Source of the DNA: an uncultured Acidobacteriota bacterium
GTDB lineage: Bacteria; Acidobacteriota; Thermoanaerobaculia; Multivoradales; JAHEKO01
DNA: 64,000 nucleotides
Direction: 5' to 3'
Assembly (NCBI GenBank): GCA_963713825.1
Contig: CAVQNG010000003.1
Span: 288,001 to 352,000 of the forward strand
Shown: in pieces, positions 19,573 through 29,876 of the stretch
Layout: each line of letters starts with the position of its first letter
Position numbering within the stretch: position 1 is the stretch's first letter
Notes under the pieces: model-generated
Told to the model about the DNA's origin: nothing
The model's input: the letters and a program-made list of their open reading frames with translations, nothing else
Database searches by the model: none
Program-made: the position numbers and the translations under genes

Positions 19573-21123
19573 TCAGGGTGTTTCCCCAGCGCCCGACGTG
19601 CGCTCGATGAACCGCTCCAACGTCTCTTTCCACTGCCCCAGCAGGGACTGCTCGACATACATCATGTGACCGGCGGCGAAGTCGGCCCGTTCGATGTTGT
19701 CCCGCAGATCGGGCGGCAAATTCAGATTGTCCATCGTCCATACAGCGGCAAAATAGGGAGTCGCCAGATCGTAGATTCCGTTGACCAGCAGCACCTCCAG
19801 GCGTGGATTCCGCGTCAGCGCTGTGGCCAGGTCCGGGGCGACATTCGGAACTCCTCCCAGGCCAAACCCGATGTGCGCGTCTTCTCGATCGAAGTTCCAC
19901 GGTCTCGCCATTCCACTCGGCACGTACTCCCTTTCGCCGTCGTAGCCGAGCTCGGATCGTACGTAGGCATTGAACGCCGAGGTGTAGGCGGAGGCGATGG
20001 CACTGGATTGCGGGTCGTGCGAGGGGCGAAGCTCCAATAGGTCCCCGGTCGGGCCGGTAAACCTCGCGTCGAGGCGCCCTACAACCAGACCCTGGCTTCG
20101 CAGCAGCTCCTTCTCGAACTCCGGTGCCGTCACTCTCAGATTCGACTTATCGAGGTACTCAGGCGACAGCCCTGTGTACTGGTGCATCTGCTCGATGACG
20201 GCCGCCCGGCGGCCCGGATCCACCGCGCTGCCAGCCATCAGCACCGCCGCATAGTCGGACAACACCCAGTCTTCGACCTCCTTCATGAAGGCCCCGAGAT
20301 CCGCTGGCTTGCCCCCGGGCAGCGCGTCCAGGTACTCGGCCGTCACCGCGAACGACGGAACGTTGAGAATGTAGGGCATGATCGCGCCGTCAGGAAACAG
20401 GATGGTGTTGAAGTCGAGCACCGCCGACACCAGTACGATCCCATTGAGGTCGATGTTGGCGCGTTGGAGATGGCGCGCGAGCACCGCGGAACGGGTGGTG
20501 CCGTAGCTTTCGCCGAGGAGGTACCGGGGCGAGTTCCAGCGGCTGTGCTGGCTCAAGAAGCGGCGGATGAATTGCGTCAACGAACGGGCGTCTTCATCCA
20601 GACCCCAGAAGTCCTCGCCTTTCGCCTCACCGGCCGGCCGGCTGAATCCCGTACCCACAGGATCGATCATCACGATGTCGGCCTGGTTGAGAAGCGTGTA
20701 TTGATTGTCTTCCATGGGATAGGGAGGCGGAGCTTGCTGCCCGACGATCGGTGTGACTACCCGGCGCGGCCCCATGATTCCCATATGGAGCCAGAACGAT
20801 GCCGAGCCTGGTCCACCGTTGTAGGCGAAGATCAACGGACGGTTCGCAGACTCGGAGCCATTCGTCCGGAAGTAGGCGGTGTAGAAGAGCTCTGCGGTGG
20901 CCTTCTCCTTGTCGTCGCGCAAGATGATGCTGCCAACCTCGGCGTCATAGGCGACCGTCTCAGCACCCACCGTTATGGAGTGGCTACTGGTCCAGTTCGA
21001 CGGCTCGGGCTCCGGAGTCGGAGCTTGCGTTGGTGCTGGAGCCGCTGCCTTCTCTTCCTGGGTCAAACCAACGGCTGGAATGGTGGCGATCATCAGGACC
21101 GCTAGCAGTGCAGACTTCTTCAT
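19573..21123 (-). CDS. Peptidase S10 serine carboxypeptidase, secreted
   Basis: NGGPGSAS, IDPVGTGFS, GESYG, DLATPY, AGHMMY; signal peptide MKKSALLAVL with RBS GAGGAG. The 5' extension of the 894-aa track ORF is spurious. Confidence 0.92.
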   Translation of the reverse strand: MKKSALLAVLMIATIPAVGLTQEEKAAAPAPTQAPTPEPEPSNWTSSHSITVGAETVAYDAEVGSIILRDDKEKATAELFYTAYFRTNGSESANRPLIFAYNGGPGSASFWLHMGIMGPRRVVTPIVGQQAPPPYPMEDNQYTLLNQADIVMIDPVGTGFSRPAGEAKGEDFWGLDEDARSLTQFIRRFLSQHSRWNSPRYLLGESYGTTRSAVLARHLQRANIDLNGIVLVSAVLDFNTILFPDGAIMPYILNVPSFAVTAEYLDALPGGKPADLGAFMKEVEDWVLSDYAAVLMAGSAVDPGRRAAVIEQMHQYTGLSPEYLDKSNLRVTAPEFEKELLRSQGLVVGRLDARFTGPTGDLLELRPSHDPQSSAIASAYTSAFNAYVRSELGYDGEREYVPSGMARPWNFDREDAHIGFGLGGVPNVAPDLATALTRNPRLEVLLVNGIYDLATPYFAAVWTMDNLNLPPDLRDNIERADFAAGHMMYVEQSLLGQWKETLERFIERTSGAGETP

Positions 21124-21327
21124 CGATTCTCCTCTTTTCGGATCGCTGAACAAGATCTCTCGATATCCAACAGGGGGTTGCGTGGAGGGCTCATAGTACT
21201 GGACCATCGCGGTCATTGGGTACAGAAATGTCGATGAAGACAGCCACCCCCCCGGTTTGGACATCCTGTGGCGATCCCTTACAGTCGGAGTCCGTCTCTC
21301 CATCTTTTGCAGCGAAAGGAAATGAAT

Positions 21328-21858
21328 ATGATGTCCCTCAGTTTCAGGAGCCGTGCAATTCGTCTCGGGACTTTGGTTGTCCCCGTACTCGTGGGCCTGG
21401 GACTCCTCGCCGCAGAAGCCAGGGCTGGAGACTCGGCAGAGGAACAGAAGGTGCTCGAGACCGTTCAGCGGTTCTTCGACGCGATGGCCGACCGTGACGC
21501 CGAGGCCGCACGCGAGGTGACGGTCCCCGAAGGGCGCTTCTTCTCGTTGCGGCAGGAGAATGGCGAGACGATGATGCGATCGTCGACCAACGAAGAGTTC
21601 GCGCAGGGTCTGGAGACCCAGGAGCGGGATCTCCTCGAGCGTTTCTGGGAGCCCGAGGTCCGAATCCATGGCGGCATCGCGACGGTATGGACACCCTACG
21701 ACTTCTTCCTGGACGGAGAGTTTCACCACTGTGGCATCGATGCCTTCGACCTCTTGAACGACGGCACCGGCTGGAAGATCACCGGTGGCGTCTACACCGT
21801 CGAGACGTCCGGATGCCCGGACAGCCCACTGGGGCCTCCTGCGAAAGACATTGAGTAG
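21328..21858 (+). CDS. NTF2/SnoaL-like secreted protein
   Basis: VQRFFDAM, IATVWTPYDFFLDGEFHHCGIDAFDL, GWKI; signal peptide; start approximate. Confidence 0.82.
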   Translation: MMSLSFRSRAIRLGTLVVPVLVGLGLLAAEARAGDSAEEQKVLETVQRFFDAMADRDAEAAREVTVPEGRFFSLRQENGETMMRSSTNEEFAQGLETQERDLLERFWEPEVRIHGGIATVWTPYDFFLDGEFHHCGIDAFDLLNDGTGWKITGGVYTVETSGCPDSPLGPPAKDIE

Positions 21859-21945
21859 AATGTTCTGGCTTCCCCTGGAGAAGTCGAAGAACGGGACACG
21901 GCACGGCCTGCAAGGGGCGCGCTTTCGCTCCGATCGACCTGACTG

Positions 21946-24126
21946 ATGATCGGCACCACACTCGCGCACTACTCGATCACCGCCAAGCTCGGTCAGGGCG
22001 GCATGGGCGAGGTCTACCGGGCCGAGGACACGAAGCTCGGCCGCGATGTCGCTCTCAAGGTGTTGCCGCCCGACATGGCCGCCGATCGAGACCGCCTGGA
22101 GAGGTTCCGCCGCGAAGCGACGACCGTCGCCGCCCTCAACCACCCCAACATCGTCACCATCTATTCTGTCGAGCAAGAGATAGTCGAGGACCCAGGACTC
22201 GAGCCCCAGGACCCAAGCCTGGAAGGTCTGGCAACGCCAGGCTCTTCCACCATCCACTTCCTAACCATGGAGCTCGTCGAGGGCAAGACCCTCGATGCTC
22301 TTCTCCCGTCGGGCGGCTTGTCTCTGGAGCGCTTCTTCGACCTGGCAACGCCGATCGCCGACGCACTTGCCAACGCTCATGCTCGCGGCATCGTCCATCG
22401 GGACCTCAAACCGGCCAACGTCATGGTGACCGACGAAGGCGGACGGGTGAAAGTGCTCGACTTCGGCCTCGCCAAGTTGAGTGAGGGCGTGGTAGCGGAC
22501 GGGACCACCGAGCTTCCCACCGAAGCGTTGACACAGGCCGGTCTCGTGGTCGGCACCCCACACTACATGTCCCCCGAGCAGGCCAAGGGCGAGGGTGTCG
22601 ACCCCCGATCGGACATCTTCTCGCTCGGCGTCATGCTCTTCGAGATGGCGACCGGCCAGCGGCCGTTTCAGGGTGCCAGCTCGGTGGAGCTGCTCTCCGC
22701 CGTCCTCAAAGACACGCCCCCGCTGCTGACTGAGATCAAGCCCGAGCTGCCTCGTCATCTCGGACGCATCCTCGGCAGATGTCTCGAAAAGGCCCCAGCC
22801 GACCGGTTCCAGACCGCGCAAGACGTCTTCAACGAGCTCAAGTCTCTGCGCAAGGAGACCAGCTCGGGCACGGCTCCGGCGGTGAGCTCCCACTCAGCGA
22901 TGCGGCGTTCCGAAGTCGAGATCCCGTGGATCGCGGTGCTGCCGCTCAAGTGCAAGTCTGCGGATCCGGAATTGGAGGACTTCGCCGACGGTCTGGCCGA
23001 GGACATCACCACCGCCCTGTCCCGCTTTTCCTATCTCATGGTGATCTCGAGGAACTCGGTTCAGAACCTCGATGCGCAATCGATGGATGTGCGCCAGGTC
23101 GGCCAGGAACTGGGAGCTCGCTACGTCATGGAAGGCGCCGTTCGCAAGGCTGGCCCGAAGATTCGCGCCAGCGTGAAGCTGCTCGACGCCCAGACCGGGA
23201 CCCATCTCTGGGCTGAGAGCTTCGATCGCAACCTGGAGAAAGCCGACATCTTCGAGGTGCAGGACGACATCACAGACCGGGTGGTGGCCACCGTGGCCGA
23301 CCCGCACGGGGTTCTCGCCCGCTCGATGGCCGCTCCAATGGACTCCAGGGCTGCCGAAACGTTGACCCCCTACGAGGCGGTCCTGCGGTTTTTCCTCTAC
23401 CAGCAACGGGTCAGTCCGGAAGATCACCTTCCGACCCGGATCGCTCTCGAACGGGCAGTCGAGCTCGAGCCGGGATACTCCGATGCCTGGGCCGCACTCA
23501 CAATCGTGTTGCTGGACGAGGACCGGCATTCCTTCAATCCCCGCCCGAATGCCCTGGACCGCGCTCTGGCAGCGGCACAACGAGCCGTCGACCTCGATGC
23601 AGCCAACCCGCTGGCCCACTTCGCCCTGGCTCACGCCTACTACTACCGGCAGGACTTGGGAGCTTTCCGTTCCGCCGCCGAGCGCACCATCGCGCTCAAC
23701 CAAAGAGACGGAAACTCCAAGGCGATGCTGGGCATCCTGATGGGTTACGCCGGGGACTGGGAACGGGGTGTCGAGCTGACGACCAGCGCCATGGAGCGCA
23801 ATCCGCACCACCCCGGGTGGTATCGCTTCACGACGTTCTTCGACGCGTACCGCCAGGAGCGGTACGCCGAAGCCCTGGAGATCGCCCAGAAGATCAACAT
23901 GCCCGACTACTTCGCCTCGCACTACGCGCTGGCGATCGCCCATGCGCAACTAGGCAACAAGACCGAAGCCAAGCAAGCGACCGACGCGGTTCGACGTCTC
24001 TGGCCAGGGTTCGAGCAGGAGATCTACGGCGGGCACCTGGAGAAGTGGATGTTCGCTCAGCCCGACCTGATCAGCCACATCGTCGAGGGTCTGGAGAAAG
24101 CAGGTCTGGCTGTGAGGCGACCCTGA
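21946..24126 (+). CDS. Cytoplasmic Ser/Thr kinase with TolB-N-like domain and TPRs
   Basis: LGQGGMGEVY, VALK, HRDLKPAN, DFGLAK, GTPHYMSPE; IAVLP...DGLAEDITTALSR...LGARYVMEG; helical repeats; no TM segment. Confidence 0.92.
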   Translation: MIGTTLAHYSITAKLGQGGMGEVYRAEDTKLGRDVALKVLPPDMAADRDRLERFRREATTVAALNHPNIVTIYSVEQEIVEDPGLEPQDPSLEGLATPGSSTIHFLTMELVEGKTLDALLPSGGLSLERFFDLATPIADALANAHARGIVHRDLKPANVMVTDEGGRVKVLDFGLAKLSEGVVADGTTELPTEALTQAGLVVGTPHYMSPEQAKGEGVDPRSDIFSLGVMLFEMATGQRPFQGASSVELLSAVLKDTPPLLTEIKPELPRHLGRILGRCLEKAPADRFQTAQDVFNELKSLRKETSSGTAPAVSSHSAMRRSEVEIPWIAVLPLKCKSADPELEDFADGLAEDITTALSRFSYLMVISRNSVQNLDAQSMDVRQVGQELGARYVMEGAVRKAGPKIRASVKLLDAQTGTHLWAESFDRNLEKADIFEVQDDITDRVVATVADPHGVLARSMAAPMDSRAAETLTPYEAVLRFFLYQQRVSPEDHLPTRIALERAVELEPGYSDAWAALTIVLLDEDRHSFNPRPNALDRALAAAQRAVDLDAANPLAHFALAHAYYYRQDLGAFRSAAERTIALNQRDGNSKAMLGILMGYAGDWERGVELTTSAMERNPHHPGWYRFTTFFDAYRQERYAEALEIAQKINMPDYFASHYALAIAHAQLGNKTEAKQATDAVRRLWPGFEQEIYGGHLEKWMFAQPDLISHIVEGLEKAGLAVRRP

Positions 24127-24290
24127 CCGACGAAAGACGCTTCGTCGACCTGTTTCGCCGAGAGTCAGTTCGACAAGATCCTCAGAAAGTCCCTGCACTA
24201 GCATTCTGAGAGCCCCCCAAGCAGGGGTACATAGTCACTCTCGATGGCGGTATCATGCCTCGAGCCTGCGGGCCGGAGGGATGAACCGCG

Positions 24291-25733
24291 ATGCCATCTG
24301 AAACCCCGTCACTGCCGAGCTTCATGGAGAGGAAAGAGGTCGACTCGCTCGTTGGTTCGATCAAGACCCACTCCCTGGTCGCTCGCCCCACCAATGTCGA
24401 TCAGTGCCGTGAAGCGCTGGTCTACTGCCAACAAAACGGATTGAAGATCTGCCCGCGCGGTGCGGGACGGAGCTATGGGGACGAGGCTCTCCTCGATGGT
24501 CAGGTCTTGCTCGACATCAGTGCCATGAATCGGATCCTCGACTTCGACGAGGAGAAGGCTCAGGTCACTGTCGAAGCCGGAGCTCGACTCATCGACATCT
24601 ACGAGCAGGTCCACTATCGCAATCTGACGCTTCCCTCGAGCCCGACGGAATCTCATTCCACCGTCTCCGGAGCCATCTCTGCCAACGTCAATGGCAAGGA
24701 TGCCTGGAAGCAAGGTAGCTTCGCGTATCAGGTGGTTCGACTCTCGATGCTCACGGCTGACGGCGAGACGATCGAGATCGATCGCTCCCATGAGCTTTTC
24801 AATGTCGTCGTCAGCGGCATCGGGCTGACCGGCATCATCCTGGATGCCACTCTCCAGCTCAAGTCGATCCCGTCGCCCTACCTCGAAGTCCATCGATACC
24901 CGGCGGCCAACGTCGATGATCTCCTCGAGACAATGGCCCACGTCGAAGAGTCTTACGACCTTGCCGTGGTCTGGATGGATGCCTATGCCCGTGGAGAGAA
25001 AACGGGACGGTCCGTGATTCACGCCGCAAAGTGGACCGGGGATGATGCCACCGAAGCCGAGCGCAAGGCCTACCTCGACGCCGGCTACGAGCGGCTCGAC
25101 AAGCACCGACGACTCGGTCTCGGCCTTCACGAGGCCTTCGGTCCGCTGCTGTCGCTCATGCTCTACGCCCAGAAGCCCATGCTGCATGTCTTCAACCGGC
25201 TCTACTACGCCATGAGCCGCTTCACGTCCGGCAACGGAGACTCCTCGAAGAAGGAGCTCTTCTTGCAATTCAGCTTCGCGGCCAGCTTCACGGTGCCTCC
25301 AGCCCACCTGGTGTGCGGGGCACGCGGCTACACCGTCCAACTCACCTTTCCCAGAGCGCAGGCACGCGACGCGATCATCGAGCTGATGGGGATCTGCCAG
25401 TCGTCACCTTCCCCGCCGGTCACGACGATTCTGCGAGCCCACAAATCAGACGACGGTCTGCTGTCGTTCTCGGAAGACGGCTACAGCCTCAACTTCGAGT
25501 TCCACCCGAAGAAGCACAATGAAGTCGAAAGCCGCCAGGCGGTCGACCGCATCATCGACGCAACAGCGAAGCGCGGCGGCAAGATTCACCTGGCGAAAGA
25601 CCAGGTCATGAGACCCGCTCAGTTCTGCCGCATCTACCCGCGCTATGGAGAGCTCTTGGAGATCAAGTCCCGACTCGATCCGGAGGGTCTGTTCACGTCC
25701 GACCTGGCACGGCGCGTCGGTCTCACTCCGTGA
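24291..25733 (+). CDS. FAD-linked oxidase, DprE1-like (VAO family)
   Basis: RGAGRSYGD, TVSGAISANVNGK, GIGLTGII, GGKIHLAKD, DPEGLFTSDLARR. Confidence 0.8.
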   Translation: MPSETPSLPSFMERKEVDSLVGSIKTHSLVARPTNVDQCREALVYCQQNGLKICPRGAGRSYGDEALLDGQVLLDISAMNRILDFDEEKAQVTVEAGARLIDIYEQVHYRNLTLPSSPTESHSTVSGAISANVNGKDAWKQGSFAYQVVRLSMLTADGETIEIDRSHELFNVVVSGIGLTGIILDATLQLKSIPSPYLEVHRYPAANVDDLLETMAHVEESYDLAVVWMDAYARGEKTGRSVIHAAKWTGDDATEAERKAYLDAGYERLDKHRRLGLGLHEAFGPLLSLMLYAQKPMLHVFNRLYYAMSRFTSGNGDSSKKELFLQFSFAASFTVPPAHLVCGARGYTVQLTFPRAQARDAIIELMGICQSSPSPPVTTILRAHKSDDGLLSFSEDGYSLNFEFHPKKHNEVESRQAVDRIIDATAKRGGKIHLAKDQVMRPAQFCRIYPRYGELLEIKSRLDPEGLFTSDLARRVGLTP

Positions 25734-25819
25734 ACTCGGTAAAGTACAAGTAGGTAAGCCTCTCAGAGCTGGCATATAGCTGCATACAAACGCGAATCCT
25801 TCGCATGGAGGGGAAGCTC

Positions 25820-28411
25820 ATGAAACATCACCTTCGCTCGGTAGTCAGACTTCGTCTGCTCCAGGTGCTGCTGATCGGCGGCATCCTGGTTGCACCCCTT
25901 GCCGCCGCAGCCGAGATCACGACACCCGAGGAGTTCTTTGGATTTCAGATGGGCGCTGACAAGAAGATGGCTCGCTGGGACAAAATCGTCGAGTACTTCG
26001 AGCTCCTCGAGACCCAGAGCGACAGGATCCAGGTGACCGACCTGGGGCCCTCGACCGAAGGCAATCCCTACCTGCTCGTCATCATCTCCTCCGAGGAGAA
26101 CATGGCGAACCTCGAGAGGCTGCGGGAGATCAGTCGCTCGCTGGGCGACCCGAGAGGCATCCCGGAGGAGGAGATCCTGGAGCTCGTGGGAGAAGGCAAG
26201 GCAGTGGTCAGCCAATCGTATGGTCTCCATGCCACAGAGGTGGCAGGCACCCAAACCACTCCGGAATTGGCCTACGAATTCCTCACCCGCGACGACGACG
26301 AGGCTCTGCGGATCCTCGACAACACGATTCTCCTGATGTTCCCGTGCTTCAACCCCGACGGCCAGATCATGGTCACAGACTGGTACTACAAGAACCTGGG
26401 TACAGAGTACGAGGGTGTGAGCCTGCCCTGGCTCTACCACAAGTATGTCGGGCACGATAACAACCGGGATGGTGACTTCCTCAACATGATCGAGGCGGTC
26501 TACAACGCCAAGATCCTGTATCGGGACTGGAAGCCCCAGGCCTACGTCGACCACCACCAGATGGGCAGCTATGGGGCCCGGTTCTATGTGCCGCCCTACA
26601 GCGAGCCCATTCGGCCCTACGCCGATCCACTGATGTGGCGAGAGCTCTCCTGGTACGGCGCCCACATAGCGTACAAGCTGGAGGAGAAAGACCTGCCCGG
26701 CGTGCTCAACGCTGGCCAGTATCCGGGTTGGGGCCACTTCGGCTGGCACTGGATTACCCCGTTCCACAACATCGCCGGCATGCTCACCGAGGCGGCGAGC
26801 GCCAGCCTGGCAACGCCCCTCTATATCCATCCAGAGCAGCTTCGAGGCGGCGCTCGACAGTTTCCGGACTACGAGGCCCAGTCGACGATTCCAAGCCTTT
26901 GGGAAGGGGGCTGGTGGAGAGTGCGGGACATTATCGAGTATCAGAAAGTGGCATCCTGGGCGATTATGGATCTTGCAGCCAGAAACAGGGAGACGGTTCT
27001 CTGGAATGGCTACCTGAAGGCTAAACGACAGACGGAGCGTGGGGCCGAGGGAACACCCAAGGCCTACGTCATTCCCGCCTCCCAGCACGATCCCCTGACC
27101 GCCCGCCGGATGATCAACACGCTGATGCTCTCCGACATCGAGGTGCAGAAAGCGAGCACAGGGTTCTCGATCGATGGCATGCAGTACGGGGCTGGCTCTT
27201 ACGTGATCTCCCTCGCGCAGCCCAAGATGGGGATCATCAGGAACCTCCTCGGCGAGACGCACTACCCCGACAACGAGTGGACCCGGAGCCGAGACGGCGC
27301 GCCGCTCCGCCCCTACGACACCGCGACCCACACCATGGGCGAGCTCATGGGGGTGCGAGTCGATGCGGTAGACGGAGTCGTACCCGCTCTCCCGACGCTG
27401 ACGGGGCCGGAACCCATGCTTGGCAGCGTGCCTGCTGAGACATCGCTACTCGCCCTCGACGGCCGCCTGAACGCGAGCTTCAAGGCGGTCAATCTGCTTC
27501 TCGATCGAGGAGTGGCGGTGCGGCGAGTCGATCAGCCTGTCGAAGGGCTTCGTCAAGGGGACTTCGTGCTGAGTGGTGGCTCCGAAGAAATCCTCGACGA
27601 GGTATCCGAGTCGACCGGAGTGGACTTCACCGCCCTTGCCGCCGCACCGGAAGCGGGGCTACACGACGTGAAGCGGATGCGGGTGGGCATGTACCACCGG
27701 TACAGGGGCGGCAACATGGATGAAGGCTGGACTCGATTCCTTCTCGAACAGTTCGCCTTCCCCTACACATCTTTAAAGCCCGAAGAGATCAACCGGGGCA
27801 ACCTCGGGGCGAGTTACGACGTGATCGTCTTTCCCGACGACACGACGGCCATGATCACGGGAGACGAAGAAGAAGATTCGAACGCCTACTGGCCTACCCC
27901 GAACTACCCGCCTGAATATATGGGGGGAGTCGATGAGGCTGGCGTCGAGGCGCTCAAGACATTCGTCGAGGGCGGCGGCAGGCTCGTGACCCTTGGTGAA
28001 GCGACCGATTTCGCCATCGAGAAATTCGACCTCAAGGTCCGCAACGCCCTGGAGAAGATCGATTCCAAGGACTTCTACTGCCCGGGCTCGACCCTCGAGG
28101 CCAGGTTCGACAACTCCAACCCTTATGGCTACGGCATGCCCTCCGAGGGCCTCGTCCTATTCTGGAACAGCCCTGCTTTCGAAATCACGCCCTCCAGAGA
28201 CAACAACCGCTACGAGATCGTGGCGCGCTACGCCGATCGCGACCTCCTCCAGAGTGGCTGGCTCATCGGAGAGGAGCACCTGACCAAGAAAGCGGCAATG
28301 GTCTCCGCCCAGTTCGGTGAGGGTGAGGTCCTGCTGATCGGCTTTCCGGCCCAGCACCGAGCCCAGACCCACGGCACCTTCAAGCTGCTGTTCAACACGA
28401 TGCTGAGATAG
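25820..28411 (+). CDS. M14 family zinc carboxypeptidase with C-terminal glutamine-amidotransferase-like domain, secreted
   Basis: HATE, NPDG, GHDNNRD, DHHQMG, DEGWTRFLLEQF, HRAQTHGTFKLLFN. Confidence 0.9.
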   Translation: MKHHLRSVVRLRLLQVLLIGGILVAPLAAAAEITTPEEFFGFQMGADKKMARWDKIVEYFELLETQSDRIQVTDLGPSTEGNPYLLVIISSEENMANLERLREISRSLGDPRGIPEEEILELVGEGKAVVSQSYGLHATEVAGTQTTPELAYEFLTRDDDEALRILDNTILLMFPCFNPDGQIMVTDWYYKNLGTEYEGVSLPWLYHKYVGHDNNRDGDFLNMIEAVYNAKILYRDWKPQAYVDHHQMGSYGARFYVPPYSEPIRPYADPLMWRELSWYGAHIAYKLEEKDLPGVLNAGQYPGWGHFGWHWITPFHNIAGMLTEAASASLATPLYIHPEQLRGGARQFPDYEAQSTIPSLWEGGWWRVRDIIEYQKVASWAIMDLAARNRETVLWNGYLKAKRQTERGAEGTPKAYVIPASQHDPLTARRMINTLMLSDIEVQKASTGFSIDGMQYGAGSYVISLAQPKMGIIRNLLGETHYPDNEWTRSRDGAPLRPYDTATHTMGELMGVRVDAVDGVVPALPTLTGPEPMLGSVPAETSLLALDGRLNASFKAVNLLLDRGVAVRRVDQPVEGLRQGDFVLSGGSEEILDEVSESTGVDFTALAAAPEAGLHDVKRMRVGMYHRYRGGNMDEGWTRFLLEQFAFPYTSLKPEEINRGNLGASYDVIVFPDDTTAMITGDEEEDSNAYWPTPNYPPEYMGGVDEAGVEALKTFVEGGGRLVTLGEATDFAIEKFDLKVRNALEKIDSKDFYCPGSTLEARFDNSNPYGYGMPSEGLVLFWNSPAFEITPSRDNNRYEIVARYADRDLLQSGWLIGEEHLTKKAAMVSAQFGEGEVLLIGFPAQHRAQTHGTFKLLFNTMLR

Positions 28412-28562
28412 CCGACATCAGAGGTCAAGAAGAGCACATCAGGACCTGCCTGCAGACTCTGGGAACCCATCGTTTCCTAGGATTCGTACCTGCCCGGACG
28501 GATGTTGACAACCTGAAATCGATCTGCCATACACCGCAAGTTGCGGCTATTGAGGAGGCGTC

Positions 28563-29876
28563 GTGGAAATAGGAATTCGCAAAGAAGACAAGAACATCTG
28601 GGAGGCCCGAGTGCCTCTTTCGCCCGAGCAGGTGGCGAGCTTGATCGCCAACGACATCCCGGTCGTGGTCCAGGCCTCGGACATCAGGGCCTTCCCCGAG
28701 GAACAGTACCGGCAGGTGGGCGCGACGATCGTCCCCGAAGTTCCCGACACTCCTGTGATCTTCGCAGTCAAAGAGATTCCCACCGAGCTGCTGCAGCCCA
28801 ATCGGACCTACCTCTACTTCGCCCATGTCATCAAGGGGCAGGCCCACAACATGGCAATGTTGCAGCGCCTGCTCGATCTCGAGAGCACGCTGATCGACTA
28901 CGAGCGGATCGAGGACGACGAGGGGCGCCGTCTGATCTTCTTCGGCCGATACGCCGGTCTGGCCGGCATGATCGACACCTTGTGGGCGCTCGGAAGAAGA
29001 CTCGCAACCGAGGGCTACGACACTCCGTTTGCCGAGATCCTGCAAGCGAAGGACTACCCGAACCTGGACGCCGCCAAGGACGCCATTCGCCAGGCTGGAG
29101 AGGCCCTGGCCGCGGCACCGCTGGCGGCCGAGCTCACCCCCCTGGTCTTCGGCTTCGCAGGGTACGGCCATGTGTCGCAGGGCGCTCAGGAGATCCTGGA
29201 TCTGCTGCCCCACCGTCAGATCGAGCCCGAGGAGCTGTTGGGCCTCGATCAGGACACACCGGGGCTCATCAAGGTGGTCTTTGCCGAGCAGCACATGGCC
29301 AAGCCTGTCGATCCCGCCGGTTCCTTCGAGCTACAGGAGTACTACAAGCATCCCGAGCTCTACCGCGGCGATTTCGCCAAGTATGTGCCCTATCTGACGG
29401 TCCTGGTGAATTGCATCTACTGGACTCCGCAGTATCCGCGACTCATCACCCGCGAGCTGCTGCACGGCCTCTACGGGGCAGACAGGAAGCCGCGGCTGCG
29501 GATGATTGGTGACATCAGTATCGATGTCGAGGGTGCCATCGAATGCTCACTCGACGCCACGGATTCTGGCGACCCCGTCTATGTCTACCTACCGGACGAG
29601 GACCGCATCGAGCTGGGAGTCGAGGGTCATGGACCGGTCGTTATGGCCGTGGACAACCTGCCCTGTGAGCTGCCAGTCGAGTCCTCGCAGGCGTTCGGCA
29701 AGGCCCTGCTACCCTTCGCCGAGGCCGTTGCGCGCGCCGACTACACCGTTCCCTATGAAGACCTGGATCTGCCGCCTGCCATCAAGCGGGCCGTTATCAC
29801 CCACCGTGGCAAGCTGACTCCAGACTACGAGTACCTGCAGGAATATCTCGATCAACACGAGGGAGGAACCTCATGA
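28563..29876 (+). CDS. Lysine-ketoglutarate reductase (LKR, saccharopine-forming)
   Basis: IGIRKEDKNIWEARVPLSP, FAHVIKGQAHNM, LIDYERI, FGRYAGLAGMID, GYGHVSQGAQEI, NCIYW, DISID, AVDNLPCELP parallel the LKR domain of eukaryotic AASS. Confidence 0.88.
   Translation: MEIGIRKEDKNIWEARVPLSPEQVASLIANDIPVVVQASDIRAFPEEQYRQVGATIVPEVPDTPVIFAVKEIPTELLQPNRTYLYFAHVIKGQAHNMAMLQRLLDLESTLIDYERIEDDEGRRLIFFGRYAGLAGMIDTLWALGRRLATEGYDTPFAEILQAKDYPNLDAAKDAIRQAGEALAAAPLAAELTPLVFGFAGYGHVSQGAQEILDLLPHRQIEPEELLGLDQDTPGLIKVVFAEQHMAKPVDPAGSFELQEYYKHPELYRGDFAKYVPYLTVLVNCIYWTPQYPRLITRELLHGLYGADRKPRLRMIGDISIDVEGAIECSLDATDSGDPVYVYLPDEDRIELGVEGHGPVVMAVDNLPCELPVESSQAFGKALLPFAEAVARADYTVPYEDLDLPPAIKRAVITHRGKLTPDYEYLQEYLDQHEGGTS

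Noticed and set aside
21124-22257. Long N-terminal extension of the 894-aa minus-strand ORF
   Set aside because: Antisense shadow of the NTF2-like and kinase genes; the peptidase has its own RBS and signal peptide at 21123
25770-25785. TGGCATATAGCTGCA as a sigma54 promoter
   Set aside because: GG-to-GC spacing is 9 nt, not the required 10
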